DNA from: Macrostomum lignano
Lineage: Eukaryota
Length of the DNA: 64,000 nt
Direction of reading: 5' to 3'
NCBI GenBank assembly: GCA_002269645.1
Contig: NIVC01001954.1
Coordinates: 62,001-126,000, forward strand
Of this stretch, positions 35,701 through 49,245 are shown piece by piece (the first letter of the stretch is position 1; each line of letters begins with the position of its first letter). Made by a program: the position numbers and the translations under genes. The notes below the pieces were generated by a model. The model made no database searches, was not told the origin of the DNA, and saw only the letters and a list, made by a program, of their open reading frames with translations.

Positions 35701-38700
35701 GGCAATGTATCCCGTGGAACGGAAATCGTGCTTTTGTAGGGGCTGAGTTGGCGTGGCTGCGGGCACGAGCCGAGTACTGCGGGCGGCGCGGAGTGGCGAC
35801 TGCTTGACACTTTTGGGGCGGCGGTTATGGGCTGCTTTGGAGTAGCGGGCATGGGGTGCTTGGGGTGGCGGGCATGGGGTGTTTGGGGTGGCGGGCATGG
35901 GGTGTTTGGGGTGGCGGGCATGGGCTGCTTTGGAGTAGCGGGCATGGGGTGCTTAGGGTGGCGGGCATGGGGTGTTTGGGGTGGCGGGCATAGGGTGCTT
36001 GTGGTGGCGGGCATGGGGTGTTTGGGGTGGCGGGCATGGGGTGTTTGGGGTGGCGGGCATGGGGTGTTTTGGAATAGCGGGCATGGGGTGTTTGGGGTGG
36101 CGGGCATGGGGTGTTTGGGGTGGCGGGCATGGGGTGTTTGGGGTGGCGGGCATGGGGTGTTTGGGGTGGCGGGCATGGGGTGTTTGGGGTGGCGGGCATG
36201 GGGTGTTTGGGGTGGCGGGCATGGGGTGTTTTGGAATAGCGGGCATGGGGTGTTTGGGGTGGCGGGCATGGGGTGTTTGGGGTGGCGGGCATGGGGTGTT
36301 TGGGGTGGCGGGCATGGGGTGTTTGGGGTGGCGGGCATGGGGTGTTTGGGGTGGCGGGCATGGGGTGTTTGGGGTGGCGGGCATGGGTGTTTGGAGTAGC
36401 GGGCATGGGGTGTTTGGGGTGGCGGGCATGAGGTGCTTGGGGTGGCAGGCATGGGGTGTTTGGGTGGCGGGCATAGAGTTTTTTGGAGTAGCGGGCATGG
36501 GTGTTTGGGGTGGCGGGCATGGGGTGTTTGGGGTGGCGGGCATGGGGTGTTCGGGTGGTGGGGTGGTGGGCATGGAGTGTTTGGGGGTGGCGGGCATGGG
36601 GTGTTTGGGGTGGCGGGCATGGGATGCTTAGGGTGGCAGGATTGGGGTGTTTGGGGTGGCGGGCATGGGGTGCTTGGGGTGGCAGGCATGGGGTGCTTGG
36701 GGTGGCAGGCATGGGGTTTTTGGGGTGGCGGGCATGGGATGCTTAGGGTGGCAGGATTGGGGTGCTTGGGGTGGCGGGCATGGGGTGTTTGGGGTGGCGG
36801 GCATGGGGTGCTTGGGGTGGCAGGCATGGGGTTTTTGGGGTGGCGGGCATGGGGTGTTTTGGAGTAGCGGGCATGGGTGTTTGGGGTGGCGGGCATGGGG
36901 TGCATTAAAGTGAAACAAAGTATCAGGCTGCTTACAGGGAGTGGATCGATCAACGAACCGATAGAAAAGCTCGAATCCCCGTGCATCTCTGCGTGACCCT
37001 ATTCTGAGATGCGACTGGAACTGGATCTGAACGCTGCCGACAGCCGTAACAACTTTCTCGCCCAGCTGGACGTCACTGTTTGCGCAGAACCGTTTGGACT
37101 CTCTGCCTCCTCCGTACTCAGAGAACTGACTGTACGTGATGGAAACATAATCGTTGGACATCGGGCAGAAGTCTGCAGGACAGTTGGAGCGAGAAAAACA
37201 GATTAGCAAACTGTTTTTGTGTGACTAGAGACCCGCTACCTACCGATCCTCCTTCACCCTCCAATTCACCGCTTACCCTCCTTCACCGCTAGCCTCCTTC
37301 CCGACTAGCCTCCTTCACCACTAGCCTCCTTTACCACTAGCCTCCTTCCCGACTAGCCTCCTTCACCACTAGCCTCCTTTACCACTAGCCTCCTTCACCA
37401 CTAGCCTCCTTCACCACTAGCCTCCTTCACCACTAGCCTCCTTCACCACTAGCCTCCTTCACCACTAGCCTCCTTCACCACTAGCCTCCTTCACGACTAA
37501 CGCCCTTCACCGCTTACCCTCCTTCACTGTTTACACTCCTTCACCGCTCCCTCCGCTCCCCTTGCTTCCCCCCTCAGTGCCTCGCAGCCCTCGTCGCACT
37601 CACGGATACGCCGCGTGATGTTATAATAACTGAAAGGCCTCCCAAACCGGAACATACGGCGCGCCAATTTAAATTTGTTAAATGAAAACTCGGCCACCTT
37701 GCCAGATGGAACTGACACAGTCCAGCTGCAGGACATGCCAGGTTCGTACGACTGTGGCGGATCATAGTACAGTCTTATTCCGCCGCCGTCGGGCATAGCT
37801 ACCTTCTCTGGGCACTGCTCTGCGGGTGCGAGGCAGTGCTATTAGGCATGAGGCTGAGAGGCTGATGAGCACATGATAAAGCATGTGGGATACTGGAAAC
37901 TTGATGACGAAGTATGACGGAGACCGGAAGCTTAATTATGAAGTATGAGAGAGACTGGAAGCTTGGTGATGAAACAAAGGAGACCGGAAGCTTGATGATG
38001 ATGCAAAAAGGAGACTGGGAGCTTGATGATGATGCAGAAAGGAGACTGAAGGCTTGATGATGATGCAAAAATGAGACTGAAGGCTTGATGATGAAGCACG
38101 ATAGAGACTGGAAGCATGATGAAGCAAAAAGGAGACTGGAAGCTTGATGATGAAGCACGATGGAGACTGGAAGCTTGAAGATGAAGCACGATGGAGAATG
38201 GAAGCTTGATGATGAAGCACGATGGAGACTAGAGATTAGCAAGTTAATGATAAACTTTTTTTTATTAACCATCAATGAACTCTCTGCTAGTCTGAAACTG
38301 GCCCGGAATCAGCTCGGAGAAGTCCGCAGCGAACCAGGTGACTCTGAAGCCTGTGCCGACGCTGGAATCTGTTCGCAGCTCCAAAGTGGCGCTGCCTTGG
38401 CTGACCAACTGGATGGGCCTTCTGAGCTTGCAGAACACCCGCCGCTGGCTTGACGAGCTGCCCCTCAGCTGGTAGGAGACGGTCAGGTTGTCAAGGACGC
38501 ACGGGCTGTGATAACTGCCCTCGAGCTGCACCCGGTCGAACTTGATGAAAACCGCTTGTAGAGGGTTGCTGCCGCGCAGGGACCAGCTGCAGTCGGCGTT
38601 GTGAATGTAGCTGCCATCAGCGGATGACATTTCCAACACGGTTGTATTGATGTACCTGCCAGCCAACCGGACTGGACTGCCAGGGTGTTCAATGCTGCTG

Positions 38701-40095
38701 CACGAGCCTCTGGCGCCTGCGGGTGAGTCAGCGAAATCAGGTCACTGCAGATTATTCCTTGCTCCTGTGGGAGCGGAACCAAACTGAGCAGAGACCTTGG
38801 ATTGCTAATCTATCTATACTGAATGGACTGCTAATCCATCTATACTGAATGGACTGCTAATCTATCTATACTGAATGGACTGCTAATCTATCTATACTGA
38901 ATGGACTGCTAATCTATCTATACTGAATGGATTGCTAATCTATCTATACTGAATGGATTGCTAATCTATCTATACTGAATGGACTGCTAATCTATCTATA
39001 CTGAATGGACTGCTAATCTATCTATACTGAATGGATTGCTAATCTAGCTATACTGAATGGATTGCTAATCTATCTATACTGAATGGACTGCTAATCTATC
39101 TATACTGAATGGACTGCTAATCTATCTATACTGAATGGACTGCTAATCTATCTATACTGAATGGATTGCTAATCTATCTATACTGAATGGATTGCTAATC
39201 TATCTATACTGAATGGATTGCTAATCTATCTATACTGAATGGATTGCTAATCTAGCTATACTGAATGGATTGCTAATCTATCTATACTGAATGGATTGCT
39301 AATCTAGCTATACTGAATGGATTGCTAATCTATCTATACTGAATGGATGGCTAATCTATCTATACTGAATGGATTGCTAATCTATCTATACTGAATGGAT
39401 TGCTAATCTAGCTATACTGAATGGATTGCTAATCTATCTATACTGAATGGATTGCTAATCTATCTATACTGAATGGATTGCTAATCTATCTATACTGAAT
39501 GGATTGCTAATCTATCTATACTGAATGGATTGCTAATCTAGCTATACTGAATGGATTGCTAATCTATCCAGATCATGCACTACAAACCTGTGGTCCGGAA
39601 AACCGGGCTGATCTCATTTCTCCTGATCATAGCCGCGGCCTCCACCGGACTGACTTGCTCATAGTAAACCTTGAAGCCGCGCATGTTCACGCTGGAGTCG
39701 GACACGAATCGAAGTGTGAAAGGTGCGTCAGTCAGCAGCACGAGATTGGAGTGCCGGCCGCACAGCACCCGAGTCTCCCTGGCCCCGTTCAGCATGTACA
39801 TCACAGTCAAATTGTCGTACTTGCACCGCTGAAAAGTGCTGGACGTTTCCAGCTCGATCTTCTCGAAGGTTATCCGCCACCAGTAGCCGGCTGGCTCGGG
39901 CGCGCCGCCATTATAGAGGCAGTTGGCTCGGCTGTCGTAGCTCTCGCCAGCCTCGTACTCGGAATGCGAGTAGATTACAATCCTTGGCTTACTGTTGAGG
40001 ACTCTGGTCGCTACTGTCGGGCAATGTTCTGACGCCCCCAGCAACCCGCTGGTCAGCAGGAGCAGCCAAAGCAGAGCTGAGCCACCCACAGTCAT
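23742..40095 (-). CDS. Multi-CUB-domain type-I membrane protein, ~1148 aa, 11 exons: 40095-39588, 38716-38270, 37819-37604, 37172-36936, 35776-35581, 34631-34366, 29328-29198, 28739-28532, 26550-26026, 24958-24413, 23908-23742
   Basis: Signal peptide [24 protein letters not shown] motifs: [43 protein letters not shown]; [34 protein letters not shown]; [25 protein letters not shown]. Further Cys-patterned CUB-like units follow, then [22 protein letters not shown]. The exon sum of 3447 nt is a multiple of 3 and all junction phases match. Confidence 0.85.
23953..24262. repeat. 31-bp minisatellite ACCGGTATTTATACTCGGGAACCGGGTAACC (CUB gene intron 10)
   Basis: Direct inspection. Confidence 0.95.
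25050..25553. repeat. 18-bp minisatellite ACCTTCAAGACCCACCTC (CUB intron 9)
   Basis: Direct inspection. Confidence 0.95.
25563..26005. repeat. 12-bp minisatellite GAGAGCCCACCT (CUB intron 9)
   Basis: Direct inspection. Confidence 0.95.
26620..28480. repeat. 10-bp satellite AATCCCATT(T/C) (CUB intron 8)
   Basis: Direct inspection. Confidence 0.98.
28820..29170. repeat. 20-bp minisatellite GACACAGGGAAGGAACTGAG (CUB intron 7)
   Basis: Direct inspection. Confidence 0.97.
29450..34350. repeat. 4.9-kb satellite of mixed 17/20-bp units GAATCTGAG(AAG)AGATCGG(G) (CUB intron 6)
   Basis: Direct inspection. Source of the 1091-aa pseudo-ORF. Confidence 0.98.
34739..35487. repeat. 12-bp near-perfect array GACTCAATCCAG, ~62 copies (CUB intron 5)
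   Basis: Direct inspection. Confidence 0.98.
35830..36902. repeat. 23-bp G-rich minisatellite GGGCATGGGGTGTTTGGGGTGGC (CUB intron 4)
   Basis: Direct inspection. Confidence 0.97.
37250..37530. repeat. 16-bp minisatellite CACTAGCCTCCTTCAC (CUB intron 3)
   Basis: Direct inspection. Confidence 0.93.
37890..38232. repeat. ~30-33-bp degenerate minisatellite GGAGACTGGAAGCTTGATGATGAAGCA.. (CUB intron 2)
   Basis: Direct inspection. Confidence 0.9.
38800..39568. repeat. 26-bp minisatellite CTAATCTATCTATACTGAATGGATTG (CUB intron 1)
   Basis: Direct inspection. Confidence 0.97.
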
Positions 40096-40427
40096 TTAGC
40101 ACAGTTTGAGCCCAGCAATTCAATGTAACAACAGTTGACATTTGCATCAAAGCTGACCAAGACAGGGTCACATTATATTGCCATTCAGCAGGCGAGTGGC
40201 ATCGCTTAGCATAAACATTCCTTATCTGACTCCAATCAGACAGTGCAACACAGTTGCATCAAATTATTTCAGGCTTTATAGATTTCTATGCTTGATAATC
40301 TGAATAAATAAAGTTGCACAATTGCGCGCTGGGCTCTGATGTTTCAAAATTATGGTTTTGCTGACTATGTGAAGCGTTGCATAACCTTTTATCGCTAATA
40401 GTTAAACTGCATCCTGTCACAGGTGAC

Positions 40428-40682
40428 GGTGCAGTGTGCTATAGTGTCAGATCTAGCAGCTGTGCAGTGTGCTATAGTGTCAGATCTAGCAGCTGTGCAG
40501 TGTGCTATAGTGTCAGATCTAGCAGCTGTGCAGTGTGCTATAGTGTCAGATCTAGCAGCTGTGCAGTGTGCTATAGTGTCAGATCTAGCAGCTGTGCAGT
40601 GTGCTATAGTGTCAGATCTAGCAGCTGTGCAGTGTGCTATAGTGTCAGATCTAGCAGCTGTGCAGTGTGTTATAGTGTCAGA
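40428..40682. repeat. 33-bp minisatellite GTGCAGTGTGCTATAGTGTCAGATCTAGCAGCT, ~8 copies
   Basis: Direct inspection. Confidence 0.95.
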
Positions 40683-40814
40683 AAATACTGAGGGATGATC
40701 TAAACAGTCAGTCATTGATATTATGTTTGCCTGACCTTCTATCTCGACACTTCGCTCTTCACAACAAAGGCGACGAGGACTCTGACGAAATTCAGGTGAG
40801 CAGCACGCTGCTGA

Positions 40815-40920
40815 TTGTGAACTGTGACAAATGACTAATGAACTGTGACAAATGACTAATGAACTGTGACAAATGACTAATGAAATGTGACAAATGACTA
40901 ATGAACTGTGACAAATGACA
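40815..40920. repeat. 21-bp repeat GTGACAAATGACTAATGAACT, ~5 copies
   Basis: Direct inspection. Confidence 0.9.
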
Positions 40921-40929
40921 ACTGTCGGA

Positions 40930-41520
40930 CGACATCGAGGCTGCGATTTGGTGCCGAGGCGCTGATGGACAGGCGACAGAGCTTCCGCGCTACCTCGTCC
41001 ACCTCGGCGGTCTGGTTACCGGCGTCCGCGAGAATTTGCGGCGTCGCCGCGGGCTTGCCTGGGCTGCCTTTCGTTCTGTGAGGGCAGTCCTGCAGTCCGA
41101 GGCCTTACCTGACAGCCAGAGGGCGGCGTTGTTCCATGCGGTGGTCGAGACCTGGACGCTGACGGAGTCGCTCGAGCAGCAAGTTGACGCGGCGCACGCT
41201 GACCTGCTGCGCGCCGCCTTCAAGATCGGCTACGAGCGAGTGACCAACGCGGCTTTGTATCGCCGCGCCGGCTTGGGCCGTCCAAGCGACCCCTGCTGCG
41301 CCGTCGGCGACTTCAGCTGGCAGACCACATCATCCGCACCGAGTCGTACTGCCCAGAGCCGGTGCAGGAGGTGCTGCTGCTAACGCTGCAGGCAACCTAC
41401 TGGCAGGGGCAGGCGCGCACTGGGCGTTTCGTCAACTGCCTGCTGGCTGACGCCGGCGCCCCGGATTCGGCCGGCGGCGTGGCGTTCATCCGCGACCTGG
41501 CCTTGAGGCGCGCCCTGTGA
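40930..41520 (+). mobile_element. Decayed 3' fragment of an RTE-like non-LTR retrotransposon
   Basis: (F)RYL..GGLV..RRRRGLAWAAFRSVRAVL..LFHAVV-ETWTLTESLEQQVDAAHADLLRAAFKI..LYRRAG..LQLADHIIR resembles the post-RT region of RTE elements. It carries frameshifts and deletions. Confidence 0.75.
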
Positions 41521-42149
41521 CGCTAAATGCGTATTCTGTTGTTGTAGTTGATGATTAACAGACTGACTAATGACCAACTGTATATAATGACTAACCAAGT
41601 GTGAATTTCGAATACCAGAGGCGGATTTTGCAATTATTATTTTGTTACTATTATACTGTTAAACTAATGCAAGCATTGCTCAGGTATATTTTTTATTCAT
41701 TTCATCTCGTATTTGCTAATCAGGCAGTAATTCAGTGCAGGCGGTGGAATGAATTTGTATTGTGAAGCCAATTATCTGAACAACAGCCACTAGAAATATT
41801 GGAGTCGGAATTGCTTCATGGGATACTTCCTGGACATTTTTAGTGATATCTGTACGAGCGAGCCACAAGACAGCCAGTCAGTCAGCCGCTCAAGAAGAAG
41901 CAGGCAAGCTCAGGTGAAATCTACTAATTGTCATCATCGAACTGCTCCAGACTCAGCGGCATCATGCTGCCGGACTGCTCTCCCATCAGCACGGCGTCCT
42001 GCGGCCGGGTCCGGAGGACGGCTGCCACAAGCCGCTGGCGGAGGCTGTCGCGGTGCTTCACTGCGATGCAGCTCAGCAGCACCAGCGACAGCAGAATGGT
42101 GGCAACTATCAGCTAACCTGCGGAGTTGGTGAGGGGTTCAAGGGGCTGA

Positions 42150-43485
42150 GAGATAATGATTCAGGTGTCTGAGAGATATGATTCAGGTGGCTGATAGATG
42201 ATGATTCAGGGGGCTGAGAGATGATGATTCAGGGGGCTGAGAGATAATGATTCAGGTGGCTGAGAGATGATGGTTCAGGTGGCTGATAGATGATGATTCA
42301 GGTGGCTGATAGATTATGATTCAGGTGGCGGATAGATGATGATTCAGGTGGCTGAGAGATGATGATTCAGGTGGCTGATAGATGATGATTCAGGGGGCTG
42401 AGAGATGATGATTCAGGGGGCTGAGAGATAATGATTCAGGGGGCTGAGAGATATGATTCAGGTGGCTGAGAGATATGATTCAGGTGGCTGATAGATGATG
42501 ATTCAGGGGGCTGAGAGATGATGATTCAGGGGGCTGAGAGATAATGATTCAGGTGGCTGAGAGATGATGATTCAGGTAGCTGAGAGATGATGATTCAGTT
42601 TGCTGAGAGATGATGATTCAGGTAGCTGAGAGATGATGATTCAGGGGCTGAGAGATGATGATTCAGGGGGCTGAGAGATGATGATTCAGGTGGCTGATAG
42701 ATGATGATTCAGGGGGCTGAGAGATGATGATTCAGGGGGCTGAGAGATAATGATTCAGGGGGCTGAGAGATTTGATTCAGGTGGCTGATAGATGATGATT
42801 CAGGTGGCTGATAGATGATGATTCAGGTGGCTGAGAGATATGATTCAGGTGGCTGATAGATGATGATTCAGGGGGCTGAGAGATGATGATTCAGGTGGCT
42901 GAGAGATAATGATTCAGGGGGCTGAGAGATGATGATTCAGGTGGCTGATAGATGATGATTCAGGGGGCTGAGAGATGATGGTTCAGGTGGCTGATAGATG
43001 ATGATTCAGGTGGCTGATAGATGATGATTCAGGGGGCTGAGAGATGATGATTCAGGTGGCTGATAGATAATGATTCAGGTTAACGAGAGATGATTCAGGT
43101 ATTTGAGAGATGATGATTCAGGTTAACGAGAGATGATTCAGGTATTTGAGAGATGATGATTCAGGTGGCTGAGAGATAATGATTCAGGTGGCTGAGAGAT
43201 GATGATTCAGGTGGCTGAGAGATATGATTCAGTTTGCTGAGAGATGATGATTCAGGGGGCTGAGAGATGATGATTCAGGGGGCTGAGAGATAATGATTCA
43301 GGGGGCTGAGAGATGATGATTCAGGTGGCTGATAGATGATGATTCAGGGGCTGAGAGATGATGATTCAGGTGGCTGATAGATGATGATTCAGGTGGCTGA
43401 GAGATGATGATTCAGGTGGCCGAGAGATGATGATTCAGGTGGCCGAGAGATGATGATTCAGGTGGCTGAGAAATGGTGATTCAGG
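42150..43485. repeat. 23-bp minisatellite GAGATGATGATTCAGGTGGCTGA (last intron of the CUB pseudogene)
   Basis: Direct inspection. Confidence 0.97.
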
Positions 43486-44151
43486 AGAGCCAACCGCGGT
43501 CTCACCGTGAGTGGCAGTCACCAGCCTGGACTTCAGCCCCTGTCCGCTGTCCAAAACCAGCTGAAGCAGCAGCGCCCGGCAGCGGGCCAAGTGTTGCTGA
43601 TGACTGCAATCAACGAAGTCCACTTCGACTCGGGGACTCAAGTCTGACAACGTGTAGGAGATCTCGATTTCCTGCTGGGTCTGGGTGAACGGCAGGTACA
43701 CCACCTTGCTGCTGTTGGAATAGTCACCGCAGATAATGATCTTGTCGGACATTGCGGAGTTCCGGCCGGCCGGTTGGCGATGGCTCACCGTCATGTACAT
43801 CGGCAGCCAATCGTAGAGCGTCTCGCAGCCGTGACACGGACAGCTCAGAACAAAGTTGGACACGCGAAGGCGAATCAGCCAAGCTTCGGACTACTTGAGC
43901 AGAGACTCTCGCATGTTCGAATCAGCGGTGGGAATGAGCAGCTGGCAGGGCCTGGAAGTTCGAGACTCCTTCGTCGAGACAGAGGCTGAGGAACGTATCT
44001 CATTCCCTGCACCGTCCCTACAGCGTCATCTCCAGAGGCGGCCTGCCGCAACTCGCATGAGCTCGGCAGCCCGGTCTCGTTCTGAGTCTGGCAGCTGAGC
44101 TCGGGGCAGGCGGGAACTGCGGGGAGATTTTGATTTTTTATTTTAGGGACA

Positions 44152-44400
44152 CAGTTTAGGAGCTGGAGTTTAGGAGCTGGAGTTTAGGAGCTGCAGTTTA
44201 GGAGCTGCAGTTTAGGAGCTGGAGTTTAGGAGCTGCAGTTTAGGAGCTGCAGTTTAGGAGCTGCAGTTTAGGAGCTGCAGTTTAGGAGCTGCAGTTTAGG
44301 AGCTGCAGTTTAGGAGCTGCAGTTTAGGAGCTGCAGTTTAGGAGCTGCAGTTTAGGAGCTGCAGTTTAGGAGCTGCAGTTCAGGAGCTGGAGTTCAGGAG
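44152..44400. repeat. 14-bp minisatellite GTTTAGGAGCTGCA
   Basis: Direct inspection. Confidence 0.96.
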
Positions 44401-45652
44401 TTTAGTTTTAGTTTGAGTTTTAAGGTTGCTGGCCTCACTGTTGTGTGTGGCTTGTGTGCACTAATATTTACTCTCGCAATTTCGTGTACATCTGTGTACA
44501 CTGGCCCCCACCCCTTCTAGATGTACAGTGAAGTTCTCAACAATATATATCGGTGTTTACCCAGTGTCTGGGTCTAAGAGTTTTCTCGCTCGCTCGCAAA
44601 CATGACTTGGCATTTATCATAACACTCACCATGAAAAAATGTGATGCTGAACTGCAGCTCCTGATGAAGCGTCCCATTCCCACTCGCATCCAACGGGGGC
44701 CAGGCTGTGTCAGCCGCCTCGGCGTCATCCCGATGGGTGTTCAACACCAGCTGGCTGATGGACACAGAGCCATCGATCAGCAATTTGGAACGCGTGGCCA
44801 GCGAGCCAACGTGATGGCCGTGGCACAGCTGCATCTCGCGCCGCACCCACATTCTCGGATGTTCCGGGTCCCGTTCGGTAGCCAACACCAACACCAACAC
44901 CAACACCAGGTGGGGATTGAATCTCCTGTCGGATTTCTTGGCGTGACAGTAAAAATCGATGTCCTCGTAGCCGAGATTATGCTGGATGTTGAGCAGGATG
45001 CTGTAGCCGGGGCGGTAGGGCAGCCGGTAGTCGCAGGTGACGAATGTCAGATTGGCCAGTCGGGTTGCTATGGCGGACAGGTTGGCGAACAGCGGCAGCT
45101 GCAGGGTGCCGGTGCTGGCGTTCGCGCTCGCTTGGCTGTTGATGCAGTACCGTTCAGTGCCTGCAAATGCAATTCATACTACTATGTTAAGTAGCTTGAA
45201 AATATTGCAATATAGATGGGTTGCCATGGTTAAACCAGAGTAGAAGGATTGCTGTGGCCGATTATTTTTGCTACAAAAATGCATTGGCGAGATGATTAGT
45301 GCATTTTTTGTAGGCCGGATGTTCCTCCACAGGATTTGTCTATGGCTAAACCCCATGCACCGCTGTGCAAAACAGAAATTCTTAGCGAAATCCGTTATAG
45401 CAAGTCTGCAACATTTTTGCGTAAAGCCTTTGTGCTACTACTGTTATTCTAGTAAGGATGCACGCGTTTTTTCAGATAAATTTTCTTATTAAATTAGAAG
45501 GGCACTCTGGCGCAACGTCTTCGGTGACATCGTCCCGCCACCATCACTGAGGCAATTCTGCCCCATTCCGCAGACTCCTCAGCACATAATATAATAATAT
45601 AATAATAATTGATTACAACTGCCCCAATTGGACCAGATGTGCAACCGACAGC

Positions 45653-45863
45653 TCAGCCGCAGCTAGATTGCGCGGAGCATCTGAAGGCTGCGTACGGCTG
45701 TTCAGTCCAAGGACTGGGGGGTCGCCACACACCCTCAATTACCCCAGTTAATGCTGGTACCCATTTTACAGCTGGGTGAACTGAAGCAACGCAGAGTTTA
45801 GTGTCTTGCTCAAGGACACAAATTGTTCCAGTGGGACCGCTCTACCACTAGGCCACAGCCCCC
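45653..45863 (-). mobile_element. SINE family A, second copy with an internal deletion of the B-box/anticodon region
   Basis: Near-identical to 3264-3513 over CATCTGAAGGCTGCGTACGGCTGTTCAGTCCAAGGACTGGGGGGTCGCCACAC..GTGTCTTGCTCAAGGA. About 40 bp of the tRNA head is missing. Confidence 0.85.
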
Positions 45864-46319
45864 ACAACACTGTACGCAGGCACGCACTCACACACACGCT
45901 CACACAGAGTGTACAGCGGTCCTGACTGTCTAAAAGTTTGTGCGACTTTATCATCGCACTCACTGTGAAAGTTGTAAATCACTCTAGTGGTCAGTGTGGC
46001 GTTGGATGTCTGCGGAAATTTCAGGATCACCGGGCCCCGCTAAGTCACATTGGTCTCTGCGCTGGCGCCGCACTTAACACTGAGAAGGGAGTCGGTGATG
46101 ACATCCAGATCCTCATTGCTGCCTGGCTGGCTGCAGTTCAGGTGAAATGACACCTGAATTTGGTCAGCCTGCAATGGAGTTGTGTCAGATCTGTAAGATT
46201 TGATAAACAAAGCTGCTAGCTTTGTGCTTGTGGACTCCTGCGCAAGTGCATGCGTCGGTTGATTTTCTGTAAAATGCGTCAGTTAATTAACTGTAAAATG
46301 TGTCAGTTTATCTGTAAAA

Positions 46320-46505
46320 TGTGTCATTCATTAATCAGCAAGATGTGTCAGTCACTAATCAGCAAGATGTGTCAGTCACTAATCATCAAGATATGTTAGT
46401 CACTAATCAGCAAGATGTGTTAGTCACTAATCATCAAGATGTGTCAGTCACTAATCAGCAAGATGTGTCAGTCACTAATCATCAAGATATGTCAGTCACT
46501 AATCA
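46320..46505. repeat. 24-bp repeat GTCAGTCACTAATCAGCAAGATGT, ~7 copies
   Basis: Direct inspection. Confidence 0.9.
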
Positions 46506-46507
46506 GT

Positions 46508-48110
<1,603 letters not shown>

Positions 48111-48685
48111 TACCTTTATCCAGAAACATTGGACTACTTTGAGCTCTCTGCCTGGGTTATCAGGCACACTGTCCCGGTCAATAACGAATCTGTTGCCAAC
48201 GGGGCCTCCCATCGAATGGAACTGGATTCGCAGGCGGCCGTGCACCCTCAGCAGCAGGTCCCGGTACCCGGAGCCGCAGATCTGCCTGGAATAACTCCGC
48301 GGGTTGGGTTCGCCCCGCAGCTGGTAGTTCACGGTGATGCTTTCAATTGCGCACGGAGCTCCCAGCGGGCCGAAGGTGAGGTCGACCACGGGGAAATGCA
48401 CAGTCAGGCCGATGGACGTAGGGTCAGGCGAGAAAACCCAGTCGCAGTGATCAGGCGGCTGTCCATATTGGTACATTGAGCCGTTGAAAATAATGATGCG
48501 GCTTTGAAGCAACAAGTTGCAGAATCTGTCCTGATGCGTCGGGTAGACAAGTGCAGGGAGAATTGTGCCAATGAAATTTTAATAAATTAAGCCCGCTTTG
48601 CGAAAGGCCACTTTATACATGCCGTTCAGGTAAACAGGTTTCGCTAAGCAGGTAAACAACTTTTTGGCTTGAAATCGGATCTGCA

Positions 48686-48736
48686 GCATTGGCTGATTAG
48701 GGGGCGGTAGTTAGTAGGCACTGTTGCCATGGCGAC
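48686..48736 (-). promoter_or_regulatory. Candidate promoter module: RFX X-box, GC box and CCAAT box
   Basis: Minus strand GTCGCCATGGCAAC (48736-48723) fits GTNRCC-N0-3-RGYAAC. It is followed by CCGCCCC and AGCCAATGC within 50 bp, about 200 bp upstream of the first visible CUB-pseudogene exon. Confidence 0.45.
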
Positions 48737-48774
48737 AGTCCAGACTCTTGGGGCTTAAAGCGATAGAGTTGATT

Positions 48775-49245
48775 TGGAGTGTCAGGAGTTGATGATTTGA
48801 AGTGTCAGAGAGTTGATGATTTGGAGTGTCAGGAGTTGATAATTTGGAGTGTCAGGAGTTGATGATTTGGAGTGTCAGGAGTTGATGATTTGGAGTGTCA
48901 GGAGTTGATGATTTGGAGTGTCAGGAGTTGATGATTTGGAGTGTCAGGAGTTGATGATTTGGAGTGTCAGGAGTTGATGATTTGGAGTGTCAGAGAGTTG
49001 ATGATTTGGAGTGTCAGGAGTTGATGATTTGGAGTGTCAGGAGTTGATGATTTGGAGTGTCAGGAGTTGATGATTTGGAGTGTCAGGAGTTGATGATTTG
49101 GAGTGTCAGGAGTTGATGATTTGGAGTGTCAGGAGTTGATGATTTGGAGTGTCAGAGAGTTGATGATTTGGAGTGTCAGGAGTTAATGATTTGGAGTGTC
49201 AGGAGTTAATGATTTGGAGTGTCAGGAGTTGATGATTTGGAGTGT
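48775..49245. repeat. 23-bp minisatellite GATTTGGAGTGTCAGGAGTTGAT, ~20 copies
   Basis: Direct inspection. Confidence 0.96.

Noticed and set aside
34642-36986. SWIE/IQDS/SRTQ and collagen- or Pro-rich-looking ORFs
   Set aside because: 12-bp and 23-bp arrays open in several frames; no signal peptide or splice support.
44152-44400. TTAGG-containing repeat as an interstitial telomere
   Set aside because: The unit is 14 bp (GTTTAGGAGCTGCA), not (TTAGGG)n or (TTAGG)n.
45220-45235. Second X-box-like GTTGCCATGGTTAAAC
   Set aside because: The right half-site does not fit RGYAAC; intronic and isolated.
42113-46042. Genetic-code reassignment of TAG
   Set aside because: TAG serves as the normal terminator of the intact CUB gene (23742-44), and the same pseudogene also has a frameshift.
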